Below are positions 38,401-50,400 of a stretch of 64,000 bases of DNA, in pieces. The translations under genes were made by a program, and so were the position numbers. The stretch spans positions 21,390,001 through 21,454,000 of the forward strand of contig JBITNC010000002.1 of assembly GCA_050084985.1 (NCBI GenBank). Direction: 5' to 3'. A model generated the notes under the pieces. It did not search any database, was not told where the DNA came from, and was given only the letters and a program-made list of their open reading frames with translations. How positions within the stretch are numbered: position 1 is the stretch's first letter; each line of letters opens with the position of its first letter. Source of the stretch: Nageia nagi (taxonomy: Eukaryota; Plantae; Pinophyta).

Positions 38401-41400
38401 TCATTAATGTGATTGTTTTGTATACTAGCTTTGATATACCTACTTATATATCAAAAAAACACCGAGATATCATTCCCTACACATCTATCTTATTTATTGA
38501 TATTTTTTGGTATTTATTTTAATCTTAATTTATTAGTTTATTTACGTTATATATTAATTTATTTTATTTAATGTTATATATTATTTATTTTATATGCTAT
38601 TCTAATGTTATAATTATATTTTTGAAGCAACTTTGTTTTTTAAATAATAAAGTCGATTCACTTTTTTTTTAAATATTGAAGTCGATGTTTAACAGATGGA
38701 CTCACATGCAACATTTTGGCTCTCTACTCCACCCCCTGTACTGCAACTAGAGAACGCCTTTCGGCATTAAAAAGTCAGCTAAAAGGTTGCATATCCCTCA
38801 CGCCTAGTTTTAGGTGCTGCCTGAGCATGCTAACCCCTCTCCAATAGAGATTTTCATAGTTTTTTGTGCGACTACTTCAAAATTAAAACACCAAATGCAA
38901 TGCATAAGTGTCAATTAATTTAGAGTCTCTATTGGGAGAAGCGCTACAACATGCGTCCTCAAAACATTGAAGGCTGATGTTGTTTTTAGCATAGATCTTC
39001 ACATGGGGCTGCACTAACCTTGGAAAACACCCCTTAAAATTGAATTCAATGTTATCTTGATTTCAGCTCTTCTCTTTACTGATGATGTAGTTCTCTTAGC
39101 ACATTCTATTGAGGGCCTGTAATAGCAGTTGGATCCTTCTGCACTCTTTTGTGAGATTCATCATATAAGAGTCAACCTTGGCAAAAGCATAGTCATGACT
39201 TATGATTGTCAATAACTCTCAAAAGGATCTCACAAAGTTCCAGTTCTCATGCAAAGGTAAGTAGACATTTTCACATCCTACACTCATTTAGACATCCAAT
39301 TTATATTGGAAATGTTTAACCACACTGATAATCACTTTGTATTACAGCATATAAATAGGGAGATCAAATACAAATATTGGCCAAGTTGTTATAACAAACA
39401 ACTAAAAATACTTAGTATCCTAACACACACCAAACTTAGAGTTTGTTGAGATGCAACTCAACTTATTACAATATTAAATCAAACTATAATATTTCTAACA
39501 CTCCCCCTTAATGACAAATCCCTACATTTCTCATTACATCAATATCATTTATTTCAGTAGCAATGGGCTCATTGATCATTAAACTGTCTTCAACAGTAAT
39601 GGAATCACTAAACTTCAACCATCATGCGGCAATGTCTGGGCATTTGTCATTCTACATTCTTTATGTGGTAATGACTTGGGCATTTACCACTCTTACATTC
39701 TTTGTGTCGTATTGACTTGGGACATCTACCATCATGTCCAACCAACAACGAAGGAAGTTTTAAAAACTTCCCCTCCTAAAATGTAACTTCCATAACAATG
39801 AATAAGCATTTTCACAACCAAGAAGGGATAGGGACAAACACATCTATCCATCACTACAAGCCTTTGGCAGCCTACAGAACTTCACCATACAAGCTTTTGG
39901 CAAGTTGCAATCTATGTGTGAATGGGGACAAACATCCTTATGGTAATCTCTTCATCTTACGAGATTGCATGGATCAGTGAAGAAAAAGCGCAAGAAACCC
40001 ATAGGAAACCGCAAGTTTGAAATCTGCCGAGTACGAGGGGGGTGAAACTCGGGACTACCAAGTAATGGCGGGTAACCGATGAGTAACCGGCTACCGGTGA
40101 AACAGAGCCGGATTTTGCCTTTTTTAAGACAGTCAGCCCCTCTAATATGCCTATATCATTCCTAGTTTGCTCTTTTTCTCCATTTTGCTCATTGTTTTTG
40201 CTCTCCAGGTCAGTTTTTGAAGATTCAAAGGTTCAACATCAATCTGAAGAGCTTCACCGTGGATTTTTAGCATTTCACCACAGATTTCTCAAGAGCTTGT
40301 GATCCAGTTGTGTGTTTTTTAATTCTCATCATGCACTAATTGCAGCACTAGTAGTTTAGTACTTTAAGTTTAGAGTTAGACTCTTAGAGTCTAGACTCGA
40401 TTTTATTCCAGCACTAGTACTCTTTAGACTTTACTATCTAGAAGTTTAGAATTAGAACTACTTTACTTTTGAGTTATGAGTTATGACTATATACATTGTT
40501 GTATTCACTATTTTTGATGATCATTAACGGTCACAAACAATCAATATGATCATTTCAGCTCTCTAATTCCATATCTAAATATGTTTTTGTATTTTGCTTC
40601 ATAAAATGTTCATGTTTTTTTTGCCAAGTTTTGGTACCGAGTTTTTGCCGAGCACTCTCCGAGTTGCCAAGTACTCTCCAAATTTTTCCTAGCCGAGCAA
40701 TTCCCGATTCCGAGTTTTCCAACCTTGGCATGGATCATCGATCACTGCAACCACCAAATGTAATAGAGCAAATTACTACATAAAATGTTCACTCTTGTCG
40801 ATTGTAGGTCAAGCATCATTTTCCTTTTGGAGAAATCTTCCAAGTCGAATAAATGTCACTTGATCTACCATTGAGTAATTTCATAAGGTCATAGCCTTTT
40901 GGGAACCACCACAAGGTCTCAAGGTTGCCTTAGGACTAGGTCAGAGCCTCTAGGTTGCCTTTTTCTCTTAGGTCAACCATTGTAACATCTATTAAATCAT
41001 CACCTTTTAAAAAAAAAAACTAACCAGAAAAATACATCTTATCACTCCATATATTTAATCTCAAAAATATACCTAAAACAAACTCTACCAAAAATGAGCA
41101 TTTAATTTTGTTTTATTTATCAAAATAAATATCACAATATTCTTAACAAATCAATTTTAAAACAACATATAAAATACCAAATAAAATTAATACCAAGTCC
41201 CCTAGGTGCAGATGCAATAGAAGACTTCCATATAACATGTTGACTGGTCAACAACCAATCATTCCTGTCATGCCCTACACAAATCGCCTCAAAATCTCAC
41301 AATTTTGGTGACCCATTGTAACTCATGTTCGTGCAACACCACGTTTTGTCTTGTGTTGTCCTAACTCCATCTAACTCTTGGAATCACATTTATCATCCCA

Positions 41401-44400
41401 TCACCTAAGTGTGTTGAATCACCCTATCTTAGTCATGTTACAATTAAAGCTAAAATCCTCCAAAAAAATGGCTTAGTCTAGAAATTCAAGTCGAAGTCTA
41501 GGTGAATGAGGGAACCCAAATCGAGTCGAAGTCGAGTCAAGTGAGTCTGGGCCAATCCTAGGCCCAGCGCATGCCTCAAAAAGACAAAATCTTTTCTTTC
41601 TGGGACATGTGCTCAGGCCAAGGCGACGTCCAAGTCGGAATCTAAATATGGAAAAACAAACTGGGCCACTTCCAAGCCCATTGCATGCCTCGAACAGAGA
41701 AAATCTTGTCTTTATGGGTTATGCGCTCAAGCCTGGGAGGCACCCAAGTCGAAACAAAAAATGGAGAAGGCAAGCAGGAGGCATTCCAAGCTTGGTGCAC
41801 ACCTCAAAAAGACAAAATCTTGTCTATTGGGAGCATGCACTCAAGCTAGCAGGCCATCTGGACAAGTTTGAAGTTTAAGAAAGTGAAGCATGTCCACCCA
41901 GGAGGCTAGCGCATGCCTCAAAAAGACAAAATCTTGTCTTTTGGGAGCATTTGCTCAAGGCAAAAAGGCATCCAATTTGATTGAAAGATGAAATTTGACT
42001 AAGGCATGGAGACTCGAAGCCTGAATCCAACTTCAACAAGACCAGAGGGGCTAGTGCATGGTTTGAAAAGACAACCTTGACTTATGAAGGCATGCACCAG
42101 GCCCAGGGAGACATTAGGATGGGGGGAACATGAAAGTTTGGCTAAGTCTTGAGAGCTAAAAGTCGAAACTCAATCAATCTAGGCATCTGCAACCCAACGC
42201 ATGCCTCATTTTGTCTTTTTGGGACACGCACCCAAACTAGGGGAGCAGAAAAGTTGGGCGCACATTTCGAAAAGAAAAATTCTTGTCTTTTTAAAACATG
42301 CGCTCAGCCTAGGGGGTGTTCTGGTTGAGTATGTTGGGCAGATTTGAAAAGCTAGAACACTAGGAAGGGCAAAATCAAACAAGTTCAGGTCTCCTCATGA
42401 GCATGAATGGTCACAATGGAGCAAGGAGAACCAACAAGCGAAAAGCATGCGTCCTTAGGTTGAGCGCATGCTCCAAAAAGACAAAACCTTGTCTTTTCTA
42501 GGCATGCGCCAACCCTGGAAGAGCCCCGAACCCCCACGTCTAGTTTCCAACGGCTAGGCATGCAAGTTTGAGCGTGCACGCATCTCAAGGTATGCTATCT
42601 GGATGGCCAAGATCAATTCCTCCTCATGCATGGGCGAATAGGGTTTCTTGGAGACCTAAATTTTCCTATAAATACAAGCTCAAAGGCTCATTTTTCTCAA
42701 ATTCAAATCCGTCTCCTATTCATCTTTTGCGCCAGATTCCAAGGCAGATGACAGAATTTGAGTTCTGAATCTATCACACCACTTGGCAAAGCCTGTGCAA
42801 GGAGTTGGGAGGCCTAGCAAGGCAATGTGGGGGTCATAACATCCTTAAGGAGCCAACGCATCAACTCCAAGCACCTTCGTCAACCACTTAAGCATCATGA
42901 CCACCTCGAAGAGTAGTTTGACTAAAGACTTTGCAAGGGACCTAGAAACACTAAGGTAGGATTGCATCATTACCATATGCGAGAGGAAAGAACCCCTACC
43001 CCAAGGGGGCAAATTCTCTAAAAATGGATTAGCCACAATTGGAGACACATACTGGCAAAAGGTAGACCCCATGCAGATGAGGGATAAGATACGGGGTATG
43101 CAAATCAATGAGCTGAAACAAGACATTGGGTTCTTCGGGCTCTCTAACTATGCTTTCATCCCGTTCACAACCCCTTTCCTAGAATTATGCTTAGAAGTCA
43201 GCCAGCATTGGCAAAAGGGAGAGAGGGTGCTTCAAGACATCAAGGGAAACATCATCATGGACTTCAACCCTGAAGCCATCAAAACAACATTCAATGGACT
43301 TCAAGAATTGGATGTTGGATGAACATCACGACCTAAAGGGGAATGCTCTCATCAACGCCTCTCACTCCAACTTCTATCCTTCAATGGAGTTGATTTTGAT
43401 ATTGTCAAGTGTCCTGGGTAAAGAAGATGCATCCAAATTCAGGAAGGAGTTCTTTGGCTTCATCGTGGAAATTGCCAGAGGGAAGAAGATCAAGTGGAGC
43501 AAGGTGTTAAACGATACCATTGCAACTCAGCTATCAACTTTAGGGACCACACGAAAGTTCTATCTCATCTCTTACTTGGTGTACTTGTTGCTCCATGGCA
43601 AGTACAAGCCTATGGCTTTAGGGGAAGTAAATTGGATTCAAAAGGGAACATATGTTGTTTGGAAGTGCTACCCTACGTGGAAAGTTGAAAGAAGATGGGA
43701 TAGTTTCACCATGAAGAATGATGGATGGGAGTATGAGATCTATAAATAGCTCAAAGGAGAGATCACAGTTGATAGGACTTCAAATTCAGCCTAAAACGTA
43801 GTAAGGAAGCATAGGGACTTCTTTGTCCATCACCAACACTATTCCTACATTCGAATTTATGGATTATGGTGAGGTGTGTCAAGAACAAAGAGAAAGATCT
43901 ATCACCACCACAGAGACCACCTAGAGGTTCAACTTCATGTCCATCCCTAGTCGTTCAACCATCTGAATCTGCATCCTCTAGCCTATTGTATGAACCTGAT
44001 GATAGTCTTGAAGGAAAGCAAGAGAAGGAGCTTGAAGAAGGTAAGTAGGAGAATGAGCATGAAGAAGAGTTGGAGAATGAACGTGAAGAAGAGCCAAAAG
44101 ATGAACAAGCAGCAAGTACAGATCCCCACGATGATATCCAGGTGCTCAAAAGGATGATGAATCCTTGGAGATTTTGGAAGTAGTCCATAAGCATGTTTCA
44201 TCGACACCTTCAACATCCCAAAGGAAAGGTAAAGGCCCAACTTCCGAATCAATACCAAGGAGGATGCAATTGAAGAGAACATCTCAGTCTCAGTCATCAA
44301 AGGCATTCGAAGAGCACATAGAAGAAGAAGATAGACCTTTGAAGAGGACTAAGAGAAAAGTTACCCACACTTAAGAACCAATTATTGAGACCCACTAGCC

Positions 44401-47400
44401 ATCACCCAATCATGAGTGGGGCGCTGACATGGATGAATGCCTCAATGTTTTTAACATGGACGTTGGAGAGGAGTTTGGAGTAAGAGAAGTCAATGATCAA
44501 GTTGGAGAGAGCTCCACTCGTCCAAGGAAGAGTCAGACTTATGTGCATATGACTGGCAATGCAGTCCACATCAAGACCATAATTGCTGACAAGGACAACC
44601 ATCAACGCCCTAAAGACCTCAAGCCGATAAACCAAATCATTAACACAAGTACCATTGGCATGCCTAGAAGGAAGGATGCAATCATTTCCAACACTGAGGC
44701 AATTGCCTCAGGACGGGCTGTTGAAAGATAAAGAAATAAAAAGCCTCAAGAAGGAGTTGGCCACCCAAAGGAGATTGACTCAAGAGATTGAGTCCACCAG
44801 AGTACCGCCAGAGAACCTCCGAAGGATAAAGCCTCTCAAGGAGGGCATGATTGCAGTAAACAAGGTTTTGACAGTGGTGGATCAATTCATTGGTGCCTTA
44901 CAAAGGGTCTCATTCAAGGAGCAGAAACTGAAAGACATTGTGACCGAAAGGGTTAGACTCCTCAGGATTTTGGAGTCTCGGAAGCCTATGATAGTGAGAT
45001 TTGAGATGACATAGGATCAAATGCCTGAAGATGTTAAATTCTGTGAAGATTATTGGTTCTACTTGGGTGAGATCAATCAGGTTGTCACTCGCTTCTACGA
45101 GGTCAAGAAAGAGGTGACTATGATCAATGACAAGGCTAACACACGCCTTGAACAAATGGACTTCCAGGTTAAGTTTCTAGAAGATGACACCACCACCAAG
45201 GAGGCGGACCTGGTAGCAACAGAGGCCAGACATCTTCTCTGAATACCTATCAGTCTAGAAGTCACCTTAGACACATGTTGAGAGCCCATACATGGAAGAG
45301 CGAGATGCAGAGGCTGATTAGTGAGGTTGGACGATGTGCTGCTGTGAACAAGCCCAAGTTTGTAGAGATGCTGCACGGGTTGGAGCTTACGATGAAGTTC
45401 CTAAAAGAGGACTTCGAGGAGCGAGTTGAGACCTTGGGCCCACCATCATCTTAGTTTGTATTTTCAATTTTATTTTAATTTCAGAAAATCTCATTTATTT
45501 TCAGCAAAATACTTTATAAATATTATTTTATTCCCAAACTTGTGATGGATGAGGATTTGCTCCCACAAGTTGGGAAGAGATCTTGTATTGCCATGTGGCA
45601 TCTTTTCATTGGACTGCATTTGTTTTCTTGAAATTCGCAATTAGGGTTAGGGAAACATTGTTGGTTGCTCCAAAAACTATTTATAACCCCATTTTTATTC
45701 ATTTGTAAGGGGGATTGACATTTTAACAATTGGAAAGAACTTTTGCATGCAACACAAAAATTCTCTAAATTTGTTAAATGTGGTGTATGTGAATGCAATT
45801 ATGTTTATATGCTTCTTATGTTGTAATGTCGAATGTAAATGAATGAATGATAGTGCTATCTAGTTTGTTCTATCACTACTTTGTGTTGATTTTAATCACT
45901 TGGTGCATCTTGTAAATTTCATTTGGAGTGGACAAGAGAATGCTTGGAAATCTTGTGAAGTGGTTGATTAGCATCCTATTTGTGGTATTTCGACATTTGC
46001 AATTTCAGGCTTGGATACCCTAGAATGTCTTGTTTATGTCGCTCACAGTAGGAACTTCACCCGGATCAATGAGTCTTACCTCCATCTCATCCTATTCCAT
46101 CCTTGCCATAGCTTCATGCTACTTCCACTAGACCATTTGTGTTGTTGGCTAGTGGGACGGATAGAGGATGCCTGGAACTTACATTGAGACCCAGCAAGTT
46201 GACTTTTGAGGACATTATCCCAAGCCCGTGAGTTTGCATGCCTATAATCACAGCCTACTACCCACGGTGTTTCTACCAATTTTTATTTTTATTTTACACT
46301 TTCTTTTCACGATTTTTGCACCCCTTATTTCCCTTAGCATTTTTCGGAAACAACCTAGTTGAAGCTCAAGTGTAGAACTCAGATTCCCTTGAATCCACAC
46401 ATGGTATTCATGTTGGTGGCAACTTCAAACATCTCAGCCAATCCCTAAGTTATCTTCGCCAAGTCGTGGAGCTAACCTTTGGGGTGACCAATCCCCATAA
46501 CGGGAAGGAGTAACGTCTTTTCACCTAAGGTGTTGGAGCTTTTCTCACTATTCCATGGTAGGAAAGAAAAACTACCCAACAATTCCAACTTGGCATCATC
46601 GTGTTTTTGGAGATCATTGCCCATCCAAAAAAGATAAGGAATATGTCAAACTTGAAATGGCAAAGAACGACTAGAAATGCCTATGCGATAACTAACATGA
46701 AGAGCAAATTCATTAACACATTGATTGATTGCCCACGGATCGAATCTCAAATGGAAAGATCATGTTGGGTACAAGTCCTTGTTTGTCGTTGCTCATGAAA
46801 ACCGTCCACCGTTATGTGCTCCTCGTCCACCCAAACATCAAAATGAGCATCACATGTTGTGAAGGCCTCCAACACTATGTTGGACTCCGCTATGCTGACA
46901 GGTGGGCTCCGTTCTACCCTATCCACTCCTGAGTCTAACTGTAGCAACCCAAAAAAAAATGCGATGTGCACGATAGATCCGCACTTGTTGACTGTAACAA
47001 CCCTATGAACAGCGTGGAAGAAACAATGCCATGAAAACACATTTTGTCGAGGGATGAACAATGGATGCACAAATCAAATCAAGATGAAGTGTGCCACTTA
47101 AATAGAGCAAACAGTCACCGAGGAAAAGAAAGAACAAATTCTTTACCACCGTAGTGAAAAAAAAAATGTTGCATGACTTGGCAGACAATGTCTTGCAAAA
47201 GTGCAGGTGCAGATTTTTGGCAGCACGTAGGTCCTATACAGGCATTGGATGCCCTCTTGTCTGCAATGCACTTGGTCTCAATTTAACATAATGTGTAGAT
47301 CTGACAGAACATAGCCCCACAAATCACACATTGTAGATGCAGATCTGGTTGTCCACGATGTGGATCTGATCCCTTTCAAATGAATGTTGAGCAGGTGAAT

Positions 47401-50400
47401 TCAAAAAAAACAAGTAAGGGCATGCTTCTCCACATGTAGCATCCAAATTATACTCACCAAAAATACAGTATAATTATATCTAATATTTCTACAAATCTAC
47501 CTACAACAGATGAATATAGTCTAATTATTCCACATAATCAAGTGGAAGGATAGCCTCACAAGTCCATGATTCAATCACCCTGCCCAAAATCGATAACCTG
47601 CTCTGATACCATATTGGAATTGTTTAACCACATAACCAATCACTATGTATTACAGCATATAAATAGGGAGATACAAACAAATATATAGGATAACAACTTT
47701 GACCAAGTTGTTTGATCCAAAATGGGAATTGGATCTAAAAATAAACTTCAAATCTCGAACAACATCAAAATCTAATATCTAAAATAGAAGTTGTGCAGGT
47801 TTGAAGTTATTGGTTTAATTTCAAAATAGAACGAGTTTTAAAATTAAATGCTAAAAGGTTTTCAAAGTAATTTAAATACCATTAAAATTTAAATGAGACC
47901 CAAAAATTCACATGGGCGGCGGCCAATAGGGATGGAAGTCAATAGAGCAGATGGAGGTCAAAGGTGGCGTCATGTGTAGGGCTTGAGGGAATCATAGACC
48001 CCACATTGTCAGGCTCATGAGATTGTGCAAATAGGAGGAGATCACCATGGATGGCCTGTGGCCGCACAGGTGTCGATTGAGCCATGTGTAGAAGTACGAG
48101 GAGATTGTCCACATTGGAGAATCGCACAGCATACCCACCAGCAGATGGAGGAACACACCAACCACTAGTTTGAAGACTCTGCCATTGATTTTGGGAGCCC
48201 ATGCACATGGGAGTTGACTCCCTAGTTGTTGCCTAAGAGACCGTGCCAAGGTGGAGATATTTGGTGGAGCTCGTGTACACAACGTACCCGCCAACAGATA
48301 GGGAACCATGCCATATTGGGGATCACTAGAGGTGAGGTGGTTATGGCCCAAATGGGTCAAAATAGTTTGACTGTGCTATTACAAGCAATCCACATGGCAC
48401 CAAATTATTGCATCCGCCCCTTTATGGTATATTTGATATTGTTGGTATTTTTAAATGTTGTTAAGATTTGGAGGTGGTTTAAACAAACCTGTTTATTATT
48501 CCATGTATTTTCCAGAATACAATTTTAACATATTTTGAGGAAGGAGACAAGATAGTGGTTAATAGTAATCTTTAATTACTATAATTTAAATCCAACCTCC
48601 TCAAAACTAATTATTGTTCAAACTTATGCTAAAGAGAGAATGAGCCGGATTGTGAATTTGGGAAAAGGGACAAGTTATTTTATTGGAGAGAATATTGTTT
48701 TGTAACCATATCTCCCATATTAAGCCCATTAATATATTATAATGGTAAATTTAATTCCTTTTGGAGGAACTCAATTCCATGCCTTGGGCATGAGAAGCAT
48801 TTTGTACATGCTCTTTGATGGAGCATTTTAATTTGTAATTTCCATATAGAAGAGTCGCATATTGAATGGAGACAAGTGAGAGACGAGTTTTATCGAAGAT
48901 GTTATTCCAGAGAGTTTCATAGATATAATTGCCCGTGGAAAGGAGATAGCATGGACAAGAGGAGCTCTAGAGACATCCCACTGACCATTCAATGATTGAA
49001 GAATGTTCATTGTTGTCATTCTTGTGATTTCTTACAAATAGAGTTACCATAGTCATATGATTGTGTTGAGAGGGATCTCATAATGTGTAGTTGGCAATAC
49101 CTATTTTGGTAGAGCATGTTGAAAGTGTGGCAATCTTAGTATTTGAATACTTAGAAGTGGCTGATTGTGAAAAAGTGAGAAGTGTCTTTGAGGAGTGAGA
49201 TGGACCATTGTATGGAGGATCATCACTTCTACAAAGTTCTTTTGCTGGAGTTTTTCTCACATCAGGTTTCTCCAGGATAAAACTTTTTTGCATCATTTTG
49301 TGTGGTGTGATTTTATTTTGCAAGCACTTGTAGTACTGAGTGGGTTAAATTCGTATGTGGTGAGTTTTGGACAGCCATAGCCTATGGTGTTTACAGATCA
49401 TGTGGGAAAAACTCCATCACCAAAAAGCTCCATTCTATTCAGCAATGAAGAAATGTACAATTTGTGGCCTCCTTCAATGGCTCTCTCAATTTGTGGTAAT
49501 CTTTGGTCAAAATAATAATGCTTCCATAGCATCAATGGAAGTCTCTCAGCATGCTCCTACAACCAGCAATATGACTTGTACAATCTCTAATTTCACAACA
49601 TAGAAAAACCTCACTAATTTCACATTCTCCCGACTCAAGCATTCTCTCTCCAATTCCCTTCTCATAGTCTTCTTTTATATAATTTTAAGGAGCTATGGAA
49701 CAAAAATAATAATTATAACAATATTTGGACTCGCACTACGTTGACAATAAATCTGGTTTTGGCCAGTAACCAAATCCACAACCATTTTTGTGTTTACTCC
49801 AAAATAACGTTCTGGAAAAATATAGGGGCTTAATACACAGGTTTAATATCCACCTACAAGCTTCCAAAATGCTAACAAACACTAAAAATGCCTTCTTAAC
49901 AAATAAATGGGCAGAGCCGATAAAATATTGACATGTGGCATCCTCGAAACCCATCAAAATAGCTATTTTCCTATGTATAGGTGGCTCCAATCATATCTTG
50001 CCATGTGGCGGTCAAAAGGCATCAAAAAGGGAGGTCAAATTGACCCAATGTACTCCAGGCCTATGCAGGGTGACATCAGCAATAATGGGCAGTTATCTCC
50101 TTGTGCACGGCCTCCATGTTGGTTGGCGATCAACTCACATAAATGGTGATCCCCCCTAACTTCACGCAGTCTCTACTGTAGGTGGCTCCCAAAATGGTCA
50201 CAAAGCCTCCTTATTCATGTTGACAGGTACACAAATGTACTTCTCTATTGACTGCCCATGTGAATTGGAGAGAGAGAATGCTTAAGTCAAAAGAAAAGAG
50301 AGTAAGAATAGTGAGATTTTTCTGTGTTGTGAAAAATAGATTGTACAAGTCATATTGAGCATGTTGAGTGACTTTCGTTGATATCTATGGAAGAATTATT

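Larger units (their letters stand above)
41266..46581 (+). mobile_element. 5.3-kb solo-LTR-like unit (gypsy-type) containing a protein-coding ORF
   Basis: TG...CA termini (TGTCATGCCC...CTACCCAACA); 5-bp TSD ATTCC (41261-41265, 46582-46586); no terminal direct repeat, PBS or gag/pol seen. Confidence 0.8.

Noticed and set aside
41567-42509. CRISPR-like array (palindromic repeats with spacers)
   Set aside because: Plant nuclear context, no cas genes, degenerate repeats, irregular later spacing, and the spacers are partly related to each other.
41266-46581. Complete autonomous LTR retrotransposon or a host gene nested in the intron
   Set aside because: No paired LTRs, PBS, gag or pol; the ORF is intronless, broken by stops and frameshifts, and bounded by a retroelement-type TSD.
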